The position numbers were made by a program, and so were the translations under genes. Below, piece after piece: positions 9,789 through 20,550 of a DNA stretch of 64,000 nt (positions within the stretch are counted from its first letter, which is position 1; each line of letters starts with the position of its first letter). The stretch covers positions 27,264 through 91,263 of the forward strand of contig VGOE01000001.1 in the NCBI GenBank assembly GCA_016876035.1, read 5' to 3'. The notes under the pieces are model-generated. The model had not been told where the DNA came from. It made no database searches and was given only the letters and a program-made list of their open reading frames with translations. Origin of the DNA: Chloroflexota bacterium. GTDB taxonomy: Bacteria; Chloroflexota; Dehalococcoidia; UBA2247; RBG-13-53-26.

Positions 9789-11027
9789 TTGAACATGGAG
9801 GTAAGTAAGATGAGCAGTATTTGGAAGAAGGCAACCATAGTCCTGCTGGTCCTGGCTCTTGTAGCCGCGTTCGGCTTTAGCTGTGGCAATGGAGAAAAGA
9901 AAACGACAACGATCATTATAGGCGCCCACCTGGATCTTACCGGGCCCGCTGCACCTGCACTTACTCCCGGCCGGATGGCGCTGGAGGATGTGGTGAGGTA
10001 TTGCAATGATGAAAACCTCATCCCGGGAGTGAGACTGAAGGTAGTCTTTTATGACGGGAACCTCAAACCTTCCAGGGACGTGCCCGGTTGGGACTGGCTC
10101 AAAAATAAGGGCGCACAAGTAATCATCACTGCCATTCCCTTCACCACGCTGACGCTGAAATCCTTTGCTGAGCGGGACCGCGTGCCAATCATCAGCCTCA
10201 GTAACACCGAGGCCTTTCGAGTGCCGCCGGGGTGGGTATTCTGCCCGCCTCCTTCATTCGGCGACCAGGTAAAAACTGTCCTGGACTGGGTCGGCAAAAG
10301 CGACTGGACGGAAGCCCGCCCGGCCAGGATTGGCGTTTTCCAATGGGATGACCCGGCAGCAAAAGAAATCACGCAAAAGGTTAAGGACTGGTGTCAGGCT
10401 CACTCTGGCAAGTTTGAGTTCGTTGCCTCCGTTACGGCTCCCATGGGATCAATGCTGCTGGGTTCTGCTCAGACGGAGCCTCTGAAAAACTGTGACTACG
10501 TATTCTTGTTTGGTACCGGTGCACCCTACTTTATGAAGGCCTACCGCCAGGCAGGGCATACGGCGACGTTTCTTGGTGACAGTTCCATAAGCTCTAATAG
10601 TAACTTTCTAGGGAAATTGGTTGGCTGGGATGGCCTTGATGGGACCCTGACCGCTGAAATAGAGTACTGGTGGGACGAACAGCACGGAACGATCCCTCTG
10701 TCTAAAGAGCTTATTCAGAGATACCGACCCGGTGAGGCTAGCGACCTTATTGGTGGTGGGAAAAACTACAAAGGTTTCACTACTCTCTATATGGGCGTGC
10801 TCCAGATACTGGAGGCAGCAATAAATGAGGTGGGCATCGAGAATTTCGACGGCCAGGCCTTCTACAACGCCTGTCTGACGACCACGGTGCGCATTGATGG
10901 CTACCCGGATATGTCTTACGGCCAGACGAAACGCGAGAGCCTGGATTACATCAAAATCTATGAGTGGAAGGCCGATGGCGAGCATCTGGTTAGCCGCAGC
11001 GATTGGATACCGCTAATAAGAGAGTAG
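9789..11027 (+). CDS. ABC-transporter periplasmic substrate-binding lipoprotein (type I PBP, branched-chain amino acid Liv-like family).
   Basis: It has a signal plus lipobox (LVLALVAAFGFSCGNG). The size is 412 aa and the composition fits a type I PBP fold. A GGAGG RBS lies upstream. Confidence 0.7.
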   Translation: MNMEVSKMSSIWKKATIVLLVLALVAAFGFSCGNGEKKTTTIIIGAHLDLTGPAAPALTPGRMALEDVVRYCNDENLIPGVRLKVVFYDGNLKPSRDVPGWDWLKNKGAQVIITAIPFTTLTLKSFAERDRVPIISLSNTEAFRVPPGWVFCPPPSFGDQVKTVLDWVGKSDWTEARPARIGVFQWDDPAAKEITQKVKDWCQAHSGKFEFVASVTAPMGSMLLGSAQTEPLKNCDYVFLFGTGAPYFMKAYRQAGHTATFLGDSSISSNSNFLGKLVGWDGLDGTLTAEIEYWWDEQHGTIPLSKELIQRYRPGEASDLIGGGKNYKGFTTLYMGVLQILEAAINEVGIENFDGQAFYNACLTTTVRIDGYPDMSYGQTKRESLDYIKIYEWKADGEHLVSRSDWIPLIRE

Positions 11028-11077
11028 AGACCGAAAAGGCGCCTTCCGAGCCGAGCGGCGGTAGCCGTAATCAGGGT

Positions 11078-11123
11078 CTAAGTTGCAGTGCTGTTCCTGG
11101 ATAGGAACAGCACTGCAACTTAG
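11078..11123. terminator. Perfect 21-bp inverted repeat with a 4-nt loop. It may be a bidirectional terminator or a regulatory palindrome.
   Basis: The sequence is CTAAGTTGCAGTGCTGTTCCT-GGAT-AGGAACAGCACTGCAACTTAG. It lies 50 nt after the stop of the binding-protein gene. No clear T-tract follows. Confidence 0.4.
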
Positions 11124-11304
11124 GTAGATGAAATTTCAGACCTACTCGTTGATGGAGTCATAACCACCTAAGCTGATACCACTGCGAGAGTATCTGGTAA
11201 CGTTGAGAGTAGAGCTTCAGCACGTATTGCAATTACAGTAGCACATCAATTACCATCATCGCGAGAACAATTAGACAAACTGGATCATATGAAGGAGGAA
11301 AACA

Positions 11305-12321
11305 ATGAAAGGCAACAGGCTCTGTGATCTGCTTGGCACCAAGTATCCCATCATTCAGGCGCCCATGAACTGGATCACAGGGGCTGACCTGGCGGCAGCA
11401 GTATCTAAGGCCGGGGGCTTGGGGACGCTGGGACCCAACGCGGGGGCTGACACGGTTACCGCCGATGTAGGAGAAACAGGAGAAAGACTGCGCCGCCAGA
11501 TAAGGAAAGTGAAGAGCCTTACAGACAAGCCCTTCGCCGTGAATTTCCCCATCGGCTTGGAAGGAGTGGAGCAGTCAGAAGGAGGGCGAAAATACTCACA
11601 GCGATGCGTCCAGGTGGCACTGGAGGAAGGCATACCTGTGGCTATAACCTCGGTGGGCCCGCCTCAAGTCTACACTAAGACACTGCAGGAGGCTGGAGTC
11701 AAGGTTCTGCATGCTGTGTCCACAGCCAGTCAGGCTAAGAAAGCCGAGGAGAATGGGGTGGATGGGGTCATCTGTGAGGGATATGAAGGGGGTGGTCACA
11801 AGGCAACGACCGAGTTGTCGACTATGGCGCTGATCCCCATGGCTTCCGATGCGGTGAAGATACCCATTGTTGCAGCCGGAGGCATTGCTGATGCCCGCGG
11901 GATGGTGGCTGCCTTGGCCCTGGGTGCTGATGGCGTATATGTGGGTACCCGTTTCATGGCCACCCGTGAGTGCGACGCCCATCCGAAGGTAAAGCAAGCC
12001 GTGGTCGAAGCACATGACGCTTGCACAGTTAGTGTAGACAAGTGGATGGTAGTTGGGCGCGATTTGAAGAACTCGTTCACTAACAAGTATTTCGAGATGA
12101 AGGCATCGGGTGCTTCCATGGAGGAGTTGTGGCAGTACATTAGTGAACACTCGATGTACCGTGGGTTAGTTCAAGGAGACATCGATGAGGGTGAGGTACC
12201 CTGCGGGCAAAACGCTGGGATAATAGATAATATCGTGAGTGCTGATGAGGTAATTCAGAACCTGATGAGCGGGATCTCCTCAGTCTTCGGCCAGGTCAAG
12301 GCAAGAATACCAACTTGCTAG
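11305..12321 (+). CDS. Nitronate monooxygenase / 2-nitropropane dioxygenase family (FabK-like FMN TIM-barrel oxidoreductase).
   Basis: The N-terminus reads LLGTKYPIIQAPMNWITGADLAAAVSKAGGLGTLG. GGIADARGMVAALALGADGVYVGTRF matches NMO family signatures. Confidence 0.8.
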   Translation: MKGNRLCDLLGTKYPIIQAPMNWITGADLAAAVSKAGGLGTLGPNAGADTVTADVGETGERLRRQIRKVKSLTDKPFAVNFPIGLEGVEQSEGGRKYSQRCVQVALEEGIPVAITSVGPPQVYTKTLQEAGVKVLHAVSTASQAKKAEENGVDGVICEGYEGGGHKATTELSTMALIPMASDAVKIPIVAAGGIADARGMVAALALGADGVYVGTRFMATRECDAHPKVKQAVVEAHDACTVSVDKWMVVGRDLKNSFTNKYFEMKASGASMEELWQYISEHSMYRGLVQGDIDEGEVPCGQNAGIIDNIVSADEVIQNLMSGISSVFGQVKARIPTC

Positions 12322-12560
12322 TCGTCTCATAAATAGGATGGTCTCGGTCAATAGCGGTACCAGAAGTCTCTGGCATACAGACTATTGTGAGACGACTAGT
12401 AACAACAATACAACCTGTACACCATATACCCTACAGAGCACCTGTGGTTAAGAAGACCAGCAATCGAACCCAACGGGACGCTGTCAACAACAAAGATACT
12501 AAGCACCTATGAATGAGAAGTCATAACGGGTCGATGCTATGAAGAGGGGGTACTACCGAC

Positions 12561-13076
12561 TCAGGGGCGGCGACGATCCAGACGTGGTCTATCTAGAACA
12601 TCCGGAAGTGGTTCCGTTTTCAAGGCTATTTCCCGGAGTATGCCATCGCGGAGCTTCCTCAAGAGTTGGCCTAATTGTTCGATTTCTGTTGGCGAGAGCG
12701 ATAGCTTTATCACCCGCGAACCGTAAACGAACCCGGCGCGTCTTACCTTGTTGACAGCCTCATCACCCTTTGGCAGCATCTGAATCTTCACCACTCTTTG
12801 GTCTCCCGCACCTCTGACCTTCTTCAAGTATCCAGCGCTTTCCATTCGCGCCACCAGTCCAGAGACACTTTGGGGGGTTCGAAAGGTATATGATGCTATC
12901 TGGCGCTCAGTCAGGGGAGCCTTGCTGGCACTCAGAATCATGAGAATATCCACCTGAGCAAGCGTCAACTGGTGCATACTAAGCTCGGACTCCAAATAGT
13001 CCGAGATAGCCTCCCAGGTCTGTCGCAGGAGTACCCATGTATTAGAGAAAGGATCGTCAAAATTCCAGTCGTACAT
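12561..13076 (-). CDS. MarR-family transcriptional regulator.
   Basis: A winged-HTH segment reads LTLAQVDILMILSASKAPLTERQIASYTFRTPQSVSGLVARMESAGYLKK. It lies downstream of and on the same strand as the ACAD/etf cluster. Confidence 0.75.
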   Translation of the reverse strand: MYDWNFDDPFSNTWVLLRQTWEAISDYLESELSMHQLTLAQVDILMILSASKAPLTERQIASYTFRTPQSVSGLVARMESAGYLKKVRGAGDQRVVKIQMLPKGDEAVNKVRRAGFVYGSRVIKLSLSPTEIEQLGQLLRKLRDGILREIALKTEPLPDVLDRPRLDRRRP

Positions 13077-13302
13077 TTGATGACCTCGGTCTGCTGTAAC
13101 TACGAACTGCTGCCAGATGTCTGCCTATGGCTCTTTCAGCAACAACCTAAGAATACCAGACCTCAGAAAAATTTGGCAAGACGTCGTGAATCTAGTTGAG
13201 ACTATACTCTATCAGGTGCGAAGCTGAGGGAAAAGGCTGCGGAAGTAACAAGCTCCTATTGTTCCCCCTCTTTCCTGACCCGAAAGATGTTTACCCTTGT
13301 GA

Positions 13303-14493
13303 CTACCGCTGTTTGGGCAGTCCCAGGCCCTCCCTACCAGCAACATGATTCTTTGACGTCTCGGTCGTGCCGCCAGCTAGTGTGAAAGAGAGAGCGCTGA
13401 TATATGTGTGTCTGATCCTCCCACCTAGCCTAGCCCACTTGGAGTCCTCATTCAGCTGCCCGTAAAGTCCCAGTATTTGCATGCCAACGTTGCCCAGCCG
13501 CTGGCACGTTTGGCCACCATGGATCTTGATCTCGGCGCTGGTCTTCACTGTAGGCATGTCGTTGGCGGCTCTCCAGTTCAGTTCATGGCCCAAGTTCATC
13601 CCCATTTCGATCTCGATAGCCAGTTGCGCCAGTTTGTTGCGCAACAAGGGATCCTTGGAAAGCGGTTGCCCATCAATCATTGTCTCGTTGCAGTATCGCA
13701 CTAGCTGTTCCAGATACCTTTTGGCGTTGTAGATTGTAAGGAGGCCGTAGGTCCGCTCAATCCCAAAGGCGTGAAGCAACAACTGCCAACCGCCATTCTT
13801 CTCCCCCACCACGTTCTCCTTGGGCACCTTTACATTGTCGAAGAACACCTCACAGAAGGCAGGAATGCCAGTAGGCTGTGTAATTTGGCGAAGAGATATA
13901 CCCGGGCTTTTCATATCGACGATCATCGCCGTCAAGCCCATGTGCTTGTTGGTGGGGTCGGTGCGGGTGAAGACCATGACATAGTCGGCATGATGCGCGT
14001 TGCTGGTCCAGGTCTTCTGCCCGTTCAGGACGTAGCAATCCTTCTCCTCCGCCGCCTTCAACTGAATGTTGAACGTGTCTGTGCCAGCGTTCGGCTCACT
14101 CATGCCTGTGGCCCACTTCGTTTGGCCACGCGTAATAGGAATAACGTATTTCCTCTTCTGTTCCTCGGTGCCAAACTGAAGTATAAGGTCAGCCGAGGCA
14201 GGGGCCATGTCCATCGCTGGCGCACCGCGATAGGCGACTTCTTGCATAAAGATCGCTTCCTTCCAAACCGATGCCCCCTGACCGCCGTATTCCTTCGGCC
14301 ATGTTAGGCCGATCCAATTCTTTTCGCCACACTTGCGCCACATCCGCAAAGCCATCTCGTAATATTCCTCCCCTCGAGACTCTTCCTCAGGCCCTGGGTC
14401 TACTCCCAGCCAGCCGGGCGGGAGTTCGCGATCGAAGAACTCCTGTATTTCTTTTTGGAAAGCCTCCTCTTCAGGTGAGTAGCGAAAATCCAT
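13303..14493 (-). CDS. Acyl-CoA dehydrogenase.
   Basis: The length is 396 aa. ACAD N-terminal and middle domain motifs are present (GMSEPNAGTD, TWTSNAHHADY). It lies adjacent to etfBA. Confidence 0.85.
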   Translation of the reverse strand: MDFRYSPEEEAFQKEIQEFFDRELPPGWLGVDPGPEEESRGEEYYEMALRMWRKCGEKNWIGLTWPKEYGGQGASVWKEAIFMQEVAYRGAPAMDMAPASADLILQFGTEEQKRKYVIPITRGQTKWATGMSEPNAGTDTFNIQLKAAEEKDCYVLNGQKTWTSNAHHADYVMVFTRTDPTNKHMGLTAMIVDMKSPGISLRQITQPTGIPAFCEVFFDNVKVPKENVVGEKNGGWQLLLHAFGIERTYGLLTIYNAKRYLEQLVRYCNETMIDGQPLSKDPLLRNKLAQLAIEIEMGMNLGHELNWRAANDMPTVKTSAEIKIHGGQTCQRLGNVGMQILGLYGQLNEDSKWARLGGRIRHTYISALSFTLAGGTTETSKNHVAGREGLGLPKQR

Positions 14494-14879
14494 CGTTCCC
14501 CTTTCTGTCCCGTTGGTCCTATGGAGCGATCTTTTGTCTTGATTTGGTTAAGGTACTACTCTAAACAATGGCCGTCCGTGAGCGTCATTGCCTTCCGTAT
14601 CTGCCACACCTGTCCTATCACCTGCCCGTAATCCTTGTTTCGGCATCGAAGATACGAGTATCCAAGAACACCGACGCGACGCCTCAACTATGTCCTTTGG
14701 CTAGAGATATTCTACATGCGTGGCGGCTGCGATTCAAGGCGCAGCATTCGCGGCTCCGCAAGACACTCTCCAAAAGACTCAGAATGCTGCTGCCCATTCC
14801 GGGTTGCAATCTGTGGATAACGACGCCCAGCGTGCTATAAAGCAGCCTGGTACTCCCCCGAGCTCAAGTGTTTGATACG

Positions 14880-15785
14880 TTAGCCACGACCAGGTGGAGG
14901 CCCAGAGATAAGCTTCTTCTCTTTCAGAAACTGAACGAATCTCGATGCTACCGTCCTGGGGTCGCCTTCAAGCAAGCCACTGCTCGCCTTTTGGGCGATG
15001 CCTCCCGACATAATCAAACGCATTCGCTCTGCTGCTGAAAGGCTGCTATCCGGAGTGAAGAGCTTTTTCCCTCTGGGTTTGGGCGGCGCGATACTGACAA
15101 CCTTGGTCTTTGAACCTGCCAGGCCGACTTCATCAGGAACCAGATTGAGTGCCTGAAGATCGTATTGTTCGACCGTCTTCATAGAAGCTGCCAGTATGGC
15201 CCGAAGCTTCAAGTATCTGGGCGTATTAATGCCACTTTCAACAGTAAGCAAGGCAGGGAGGGGAGTTTCTATAACGGCTCTGTTCCCCGCTTCGAGCTTC
15301 TTGTGAACAATCGCTTTTTCGTGATCATGTACGTCAATCTTGACAACCTCGGTCACCAATGGGAGACGCAAAATCTGGGCTATTGTAGGGCCAGTCAATC
15401 CCGTGTTGGTGTCAATAGCACGTGCTCCACAGAGAATGAGATCGTACGGTAGCTTGAGAGCAGCAATAGCCTTTGCCAGCACGACCCCGGTAGCGTAAGA
15501 ATCAGAATTGTCAAGAGCGGGATCACAAAGAAGGATAGCTCTGTCGGCACCCATAGCCAAACAAGTACGCAAGACCTCTGTGGCTGAAGGTGAACCCATG
15601 CATAGAGCAGTGACTCCACCACCCCCACACATTTCTTTTATCAGTGTGGCCTCCTCTACAGCCAGCCTATCATAGGGGTTGAGCACGTCGGGCAGCCATC
15701 CCTTCCTGATATTGTTCGCGGCAGTGTCTACCGTGATCGGGCCCTCTGCGTCGGGGACCTGCTTAACGCACACTACTACTTGCAT
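14880..15785 (-). CDS. etfB: Electron transfer flavoprotein beta subunit.
   Basis: The N-terminus reads MQVVVCVKQVPDAEGPITVD. Confidence 0.85.
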   Translation of the reverse strand: MQVVVCVKQVPDAEGPITVDTAANNIRKGWLPDVLNPYDRLAVEEATLIKEMCGGGGVTALCMGSPSATEVLRTCLAMGADRAILLCDPALDNSDSYATGVVLAKAIAALKLPYDLILCGARAIDTNTGLTGPTIAQILRLPLVTEVVKIDVHDHEKAIVHKKLEAGNRAVIETPLPALLTVESGINTPRYLKLRAILAASMKTVEQYDLQALNLVPDEVGLAGSKTKVVSIAPPKPRGKKLFTPDSSLSAAERMRLIMSGGIAQKASSGLLEGDPRTVASRFVQFLKEKKLISGPPPGRG

Positions 15786-15815
15786 ACGAAACCTTTGCGC
15801 GCCGATTAAACCTCA

Positions 15816-16877
15816 CTAGCTCTGTCTGAGGCTTTCTTCTGCCGAAGCCTGCGAGATCATTATTAGCTCATTGGTCATGGCCGGCACTATCGTCAGAAGG
15901 TCACCAAGGATGCCCAGATCAGCCATGTTGAACATGGGTGCACTACGGTCTTTGTTGATGACAACTATTGTCTTGGAGTCTTTCATGCCCATAGTGTGGT
16001 ACACTGATCCCGATATTCCACAAGCGATGTACAGCTTTGGGGTGACGGTCTTCCCTGTTTGCCCAACCTGCTTGGTGGACGGAATGTACCCTTCGTCCAC
16101 AGCCATGCGAGAGCCGGCGACAACCCCACCCAGCACTTCTGCCAGTTTCTCCAGTAACCGGAAGTTTTCACGACTCCCCACCCCCCGCCCACCCGACACA
16201 ATGACGGGAGCCTCATCAAGGCTCATAGTCTTGGGGTCACCCTTGGCAAAACGCACCGCCTTAGCACAAGGCACGCTGGTATCCAATCGCGGGGCAACCC
16301 TAATGACCTCCGCTTGTCTTGTAACCTTGGCACGCTTTACATCCAGGACACCAGGCACGACAGTGGCAATCTGAGGCCGCGCTGTAGGGCAAATCACGTT
16401 AGCGCTAGCCTTATCTCGGTAGACAGGCTTTGTCTGCACCAGTAGCCCGTCTTCGCTCAGGGAGAGGGCAGTGCAGTTCGAGGCTAATCCTGTTTTCAAA
16501 GCGGCTGCCAGCCGGACGGCAATATCCCTGCCGAACGAAGTGGCACCACAAAGGAGTATCCGCGGCTTCCGCTCTCTTACAAGATTTGATAGGGCCTGCG
16601 CCTGGAATTCAACAGAGTTCTCCAGAAGAGGGCTATCCAAGAGGTATACCTTGTCTGCCCCATGCTCACTAAGCCTATTCACCAGTGCCGGATTGTCACG
16701 GCCTACCAGTACAGCAGAGAGTTCGTCACCAAGCCTGTCGGCAAAGCGGCGACCTTCGCTCAGCAATTCCAGGGAGACGTCACAGAGTCCCCCCTCATCA
16801 CACTCTGCCAGAACCAAAATGCCTTTGTCAGCCGACATCAGACCCCCCGGCCTCACACCTATTCCAACCCACGCCAA
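15816..16877 (-). CDS. etfA: Electron transfer flavoprotein alpha subunit. The true start is probably the internal Met at 16838.
   Basis: The C-terminal FAD-binding region reads SGSVYHTMGMKDSKTIVVINKD. MSADKGILVLAE is preceded by a G-rich RBS. Confidence 0.85.
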   Translation of the reverse strand: MAWVGIGVRPGGLMSADKGILVLAECDEGGLCDVSLELLSEGRRFADRLGDELSAVLVGRDNPALVNRLSEHGADKVYLLDSPLLENSVEFQAQALSNLVRERKPRILLCGATSFGRDIAVRLAAALKTGLASNCTALSLSEDGLLVQTKPVYRDKASANVICPTARPQIATVVPGVLDVKRAKVTRQAEVIRVAPRLDTSVPCAKAVRFAKGDPKTMSLDEAPVIVSGGRGVGSRENFRLLEKLAEVLGGVVAGSRMAVDEGYIPSTKQVGQTGKTVTPKLYIACGISGSVYHTMGMKDSKTIVVINKDRSAPMFNMADLGILGDLLTIVPAMTNELIMISQASAEESLRQS

Positions 16878-16916
16878 ACATATATGCCCCCTGAAACGGA
16901 GGTCAAACAGCAGAGC

Positions 16917-18866
16917 CTAGATGATTCTAGCCATCCTAGACGCCTCCAGGGTAGCATCAGGCAACCTTCTGACACCGTTGCAGTCGCCAACCCTATGAAG
17001 TTCCTTGACCTGCTCCTTGAGAGCATAGTAAAGCGCATTGTCTTCCTGACCACCGCAGGCGAGGATCACCGTATCAACCCCTTCAATGCGACGGTCTTGC
17101 AGCGTGAAGATGTTGGAGATAACCACCGTATTCCCGGTGATTTCTCTTACCTTGTGGCAGGGGGTGAAGGTAACACCATTCCGGTATAGCCGGCCGTAGA
17201 TCGTCTGCTTCTGCGGCGGATCGACGTGGATTCCTGCACTGTACTCTTCCGTGACTATCTCGACCTTCTTGCCTTGCTGGGCGCAGAAATCGGCCACAGT
17301 CAGGGCCTCCATATTCTGCTCACCGGCGATAACCACCACATTCTGACCAACCTGAGCTTTGCCCATCAGGACTTCCCTGGTCTCCACCACATTCTTCTGG
17401 TTCACACCCGGAATCCTGGGGATATAAGGAAAAGAGCCGGTGGCTACTACGACCGCGTCGGCGTTCATCTTCTTGACCATGTCTGCCGTAACCTCGACTC
17501 CCAGATGCACATCCACGCCCAGGAGTTTCATTTGGTGGGTCAAATATCTAGGCAACTCCAAGAAACCATCTCTCCCAGGAGCCTTGCCAGCTATCAATAT
17601 CTGTCCCCCTAATTCAGAGCCCCTGTCGTACAGAGAGACCTTGTGACCCCGCATAGCCAGAACTCTGGCTGCTTCCAGGCCGGCAGGGCCTCCACCAATC
17701 ACCACCACCTTCTTCTTCGTAGCTGCTGGCTGAACCTGTAGCCACCCCGGCTGGTACTCTCGCGTCACTTCGGCATTAACCGAGCAACGTATGGGCATCA
17801 TGGCCGAGGCATTCTTGATGCAGCCTTCGTTGCATCCCAGGCACTTGCGGATTTCCTCCACCCTCCCTTCATGCGCCTTATTGGGCAGTTCGGGATCGGC
17901 AATAGTAGCACGGCACATGTTCACGATATCTCCCTGACCGCTGGCGATGATTTCCTCCGCCTGGGCCGGGTCGATGATTCTGCCCCTGACCATAACGGGG
18001 ATCTTCACTACCTTCTTTATCTCCGCTCCAAGATACACAAAGGAGTTCAGAGGGAAATACATGGTCTCCGCCATGCATTGAATGGATCTATAGGTTGAGG
18101 CGGTAATGTCCAGGAAGTCAATTTTCCCTGACTTTGTCAATATCTGGACTATAGTGAGCATGTCGTCCAGAGTATAGCCGCCCTCGGTAAACTCATCACC
18201 GCTTATCCTGAGGCATACGGTGAAGTCACTACCCACTGCCGCTCTCACGGCGTCGATCACCTCAAGAGGAAAGCGCAGGCGGTTTTCCAGGCTGCCGCCG
18301 TATTGGTCAGTCCTAGAATTAAAGAAGGGTGACATGAACTGCTCGAGCATGTATCCATGGCCGGCATAGATCTCGAACCCGTCGTAGCCTGCTTCACGGC
18401 TTATCTTGGCGGCGAAGGCCCAGGCTTCGGTCAGCTCCTTTATTTCCTCAACAGTCATCACATGGGGCATACCCCAGTTGCGGGGGGACAGGAGTGGGGA
18501 AGACGACCAGGTGGTCAGACCGATGACCCTGGGAAAGTCCTGAGCGCCCTGGTTTCCACCCTGGACGATGATCTTGGCGCCGAACTGGTGAACCAGGTCT
18601 GCAGCTTTCTTAAGCTGGGGCACAGAATCCTTTTGATTGAAGACGTTCGCCCCGCAGCTCTTCTGGTGAAAGCCTAGGCCCTCCGTGATGATCAGTCCAA
18701 CGCCTCCCTTTGCCTTCGCAGCCCAATACCAGGCTAGCTTATCGCCCGGGAGATTGGTATGCTCCTCACGTATCCAGGTGCCGTGACCGGAGCTGGCGAT
18801 TCGGTTTCTCAGGGTTATGGTGCCGACCTTCAGCGGCGAGAAAAGGTTTGGAAATTGTTGAGCCAT
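16917..18866 (-). CDS. OYE-type NADH:flavin oxidoreductase fused to an FAD/NAD(P)-binding domain (2,4-dienoyl-CoA reductase or enoate reductase family).
   Basis: It has an Old-Yellow-Enzyme TIM barrel N-terminus (LFSPLKVGTITLRNRIASSGHGT). The C-terminal Rossmann motif reads KKVVVIGGGPAGLEAARVLA. It is a paralog of 61423..63417. Confidence 0.8.
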   Translation of the reverse strand: MAQQFPNLFSPLKVGTITLRNRIASSGHGTWIREEHTNLPGDKLAWYWAAKAKGGVGLIITEGLGFHQKSCGANVFNQKDSVPQLKKAADLVHQFGAKIIVQGGNQGAQDFPRVIGLTTWSSSPLLSPRNWGMPHVMTVEEIKELTEAWAFAAKISREAGYDGFEIYAGHGYMLEQFMSPFFNSRTDQYGGSLENRLRFPLEVIDAVRAAVGSDFTVCLRISGDEFTEGGYTLDDMLTIVQILTKSGKIDFLDITASTYRSIQCMAETMYFPLNSFVYLGAEIKKVVKIPVMVRGRIIDPAQAEEIIASGQGDIVNMCRATIADPELPNKAHEGRVEEIRKCLGCNEGCIKNASAMMPIRCSVNAEVTREYQPGWLQVQPAATKKKVVVIGGGPAGLEAARVLAMRGHKVSLYDRGSELGGQILIAGKAPGRDGFLELPRYLTHQMKLLGVDVHLGVEVTADMVKKMNADAVVVATGSFPYIPRIPGVNQKNVVETREVLMGKAQVGQNVVVIAGEQNMEALTVADFCAQQGKKVEIVTEEYSAGIHVDPPQKQTIYGRLYRNGVTFTPCHKVREITGNTVVISNIFTLQDRRIEGVDTVILACGGQEDNALYYALKEQVKELHRVGDCNGVRRLPDATLEASRMARII

Positions 18867-18951
18867 TTTATCTTCCTTTCTGTCTTAATTTTCGTTAACT
18901 CGGCCTCATCTAGCCAAACCGGGCTTGGCATTGATAATTGTCCGACCGCTC

Positions 18952-20550
18952 CTACAGTCCCACGGGGAACTTCCATTCCCCATAGACCTTCATCTGCACT
19001 CCAGCCATCTCCCCCAGGGTAGCCTTGGCGCGTGCTGCTTCCATTATCGCTGGATAAACGTTTTCGCTAGTGCGCGTAACCTGCTCCAGTTTTTCCAGGG
19101 CCCGGGCAACCTGGCTGTTGTCACGCTCCTTCTTAAACTTCTTCAGCTTCTCAATCTGGCGCCTCGGTGATTCTGGGTCCCATCTAAAAATGGGCACTGT
19201 GTACGGTGCCTTCTCCAGACGGAATTTGTTCACACCGACAACATTGATCTCACCGGTTTCCACTTTGCGTTCGCGCTCGAGCGTGGCCTCCTTATACTCT
19301 TTATGAACCCACCCAGAACTCATGGCTTTAGCCATTCCACCCATGTTTTCAATCCTAGTCACGTATTCCCAGGCACGCTTTTCCAACTCATTAGTGAGCG
19401 ACTCAACATAGTAAGAACCACCCAGGGGATCTATGGTGTTAGTCACATTGGTTTCAAGAGCAGCTATCTGCTCCGTTCTAATAGAAAGTAGCATGGACTG
19501 GTCTGTAGGCAGGCAGAGCCCCTCATCATATCCGTTGGCATGTATCGATTGGGCTCCGCCAAGAGCTCCAGCCAACACCTGATAGGCGATGCGGATGACA
19601 TTATTCAGGGGTTCTTGCGTCGTGTGAGTGGAACCAGCACTCTGGCAGTGGACGCGAAAGAGCGCAGAGCGGGGGTCTGTGATTCCATACCTTTCCCTGA
19701 CAATCTTGTACCACATGCGTCTGGCTGCTCTGAGCTTAGCTATTTCTTCAAAGAAGTCGTTATGTAAACTCATATCAAAAGAGATGCGCTTGGCTAAGCG
19801 ATCAAGAGGCACCCGGCCTCGTCGCTTCGCTTCATCGACGTATTGTAGAGCGGTGGCCATAAGCATACCCAACTCCTGGACTGCGTTCAGGCCCATATCG
19901 CGAGCATTGTAGGAGCCAAAGGAGACAGTGTTCCAACTCGGCGCATGCTCGCAGCACCACTCCATGAAATCCACAGCGTACCTTACATAGGCTTCTGGCG
20001 ATACCTGGTTTACCAGGTCCAGCACACTCCAGCTAAGCATGTCATTGACTGTGGTGCCCCGCAGTTGCTTTATATCCAGCCCTCTTCTCTCGGCCATGAC
20101 AAAGTACATCGCTGTCACGAAATTGCCGCAACGATCAGCGATGTATGTCGATGCTTTCTCTATAGGAAGACCTTCGAAGGTTGTTTCAACATCTTCCAGC
20201 GAGGATAGCGGCACACCGGCATGACCGATGTCAGCAGAAACCCTGGGGTCGTCAGCATCCATACCAGTCGCCGTCGAGATATCAGGAGCTATGGAGAACC
20301 CTGTCTGCCCCAAGGCATACTCTTCACGGTAGAGTTTGTTGGTTTCCTCTGGCGTGTTGAACCCGCTCAAGCGCCTTATGGTCCACAATTGGCCCCGATA
20401 CATGGTGGGATAGACACCCCGGGTAAAAGGCGGACGCCCGGGAAGCCCGAGATCCCTGTCATAATCGAAGTCCTGCAGATCTTGGGCAGTATAGATATCC
20501 TTTACAGGGATTCCGGATGCCGAGACGAGCTGTTCCTTACTATCTCCCAT
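18952..20550 (-). CDS. Acyl-CoA mutase catalytic (substrate-binding TIM-barrel) subunit of the methylmalonyl-CoA mutase family. No B12-binding domain is present in this ORF.
   Basis: The MCM family N-terminal reads GIPVKDIYTAQDL...RPPFTRGVYPTMYRGQLWTIRRLSGF. The 532 aa cover only the catalytic barrel. Confidence 0.8.
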   Translation of the reverse strand: MGDSKEQLVSASGIPVKDIYTAQDLQDFDYDRDLGLPGRPPFTRGVYPTMYRGQLWTIRRLSGFNTPEETNKLYREEYALGQTGFSIAPDISTATGMDADDPRVSADIGHAGVPLSSLEDVETTFEGLPIEKASTYIADRCGNFVTAMYFVMAERRGLDIKQLRGTTVNDMLSWSVLDLVNQVSPEAYVRYAVDFMEWCCEHAPSWNTVSFGSYNARDMGLNAVQELGMLMATALQYVDEAKRRGRVPLDRLAKRISFDMSLHNDFFEEIAKLRAARRMWYKIVRERYGITDPRSALFRVHCQSAGSTHTTQEPLNNVIRIAYQVLAGALGGAQSIHANGYDEGLCLPTDQSMLLSIRTEQIAALETNVTNTIDPLGGSYYVESLTNELEKRAWEYVTRIENMGGMAKAMSSGWVHKEYKEATLERERKVETGEINVVGVNKFRLEKAPYTVPIFRWDPESPRRQIEKLKKFKKERDNSQVARALEKLEQVTRTSENVYPAIMEAARAKATLGEMAGVQMKVYGEWKFPVGL

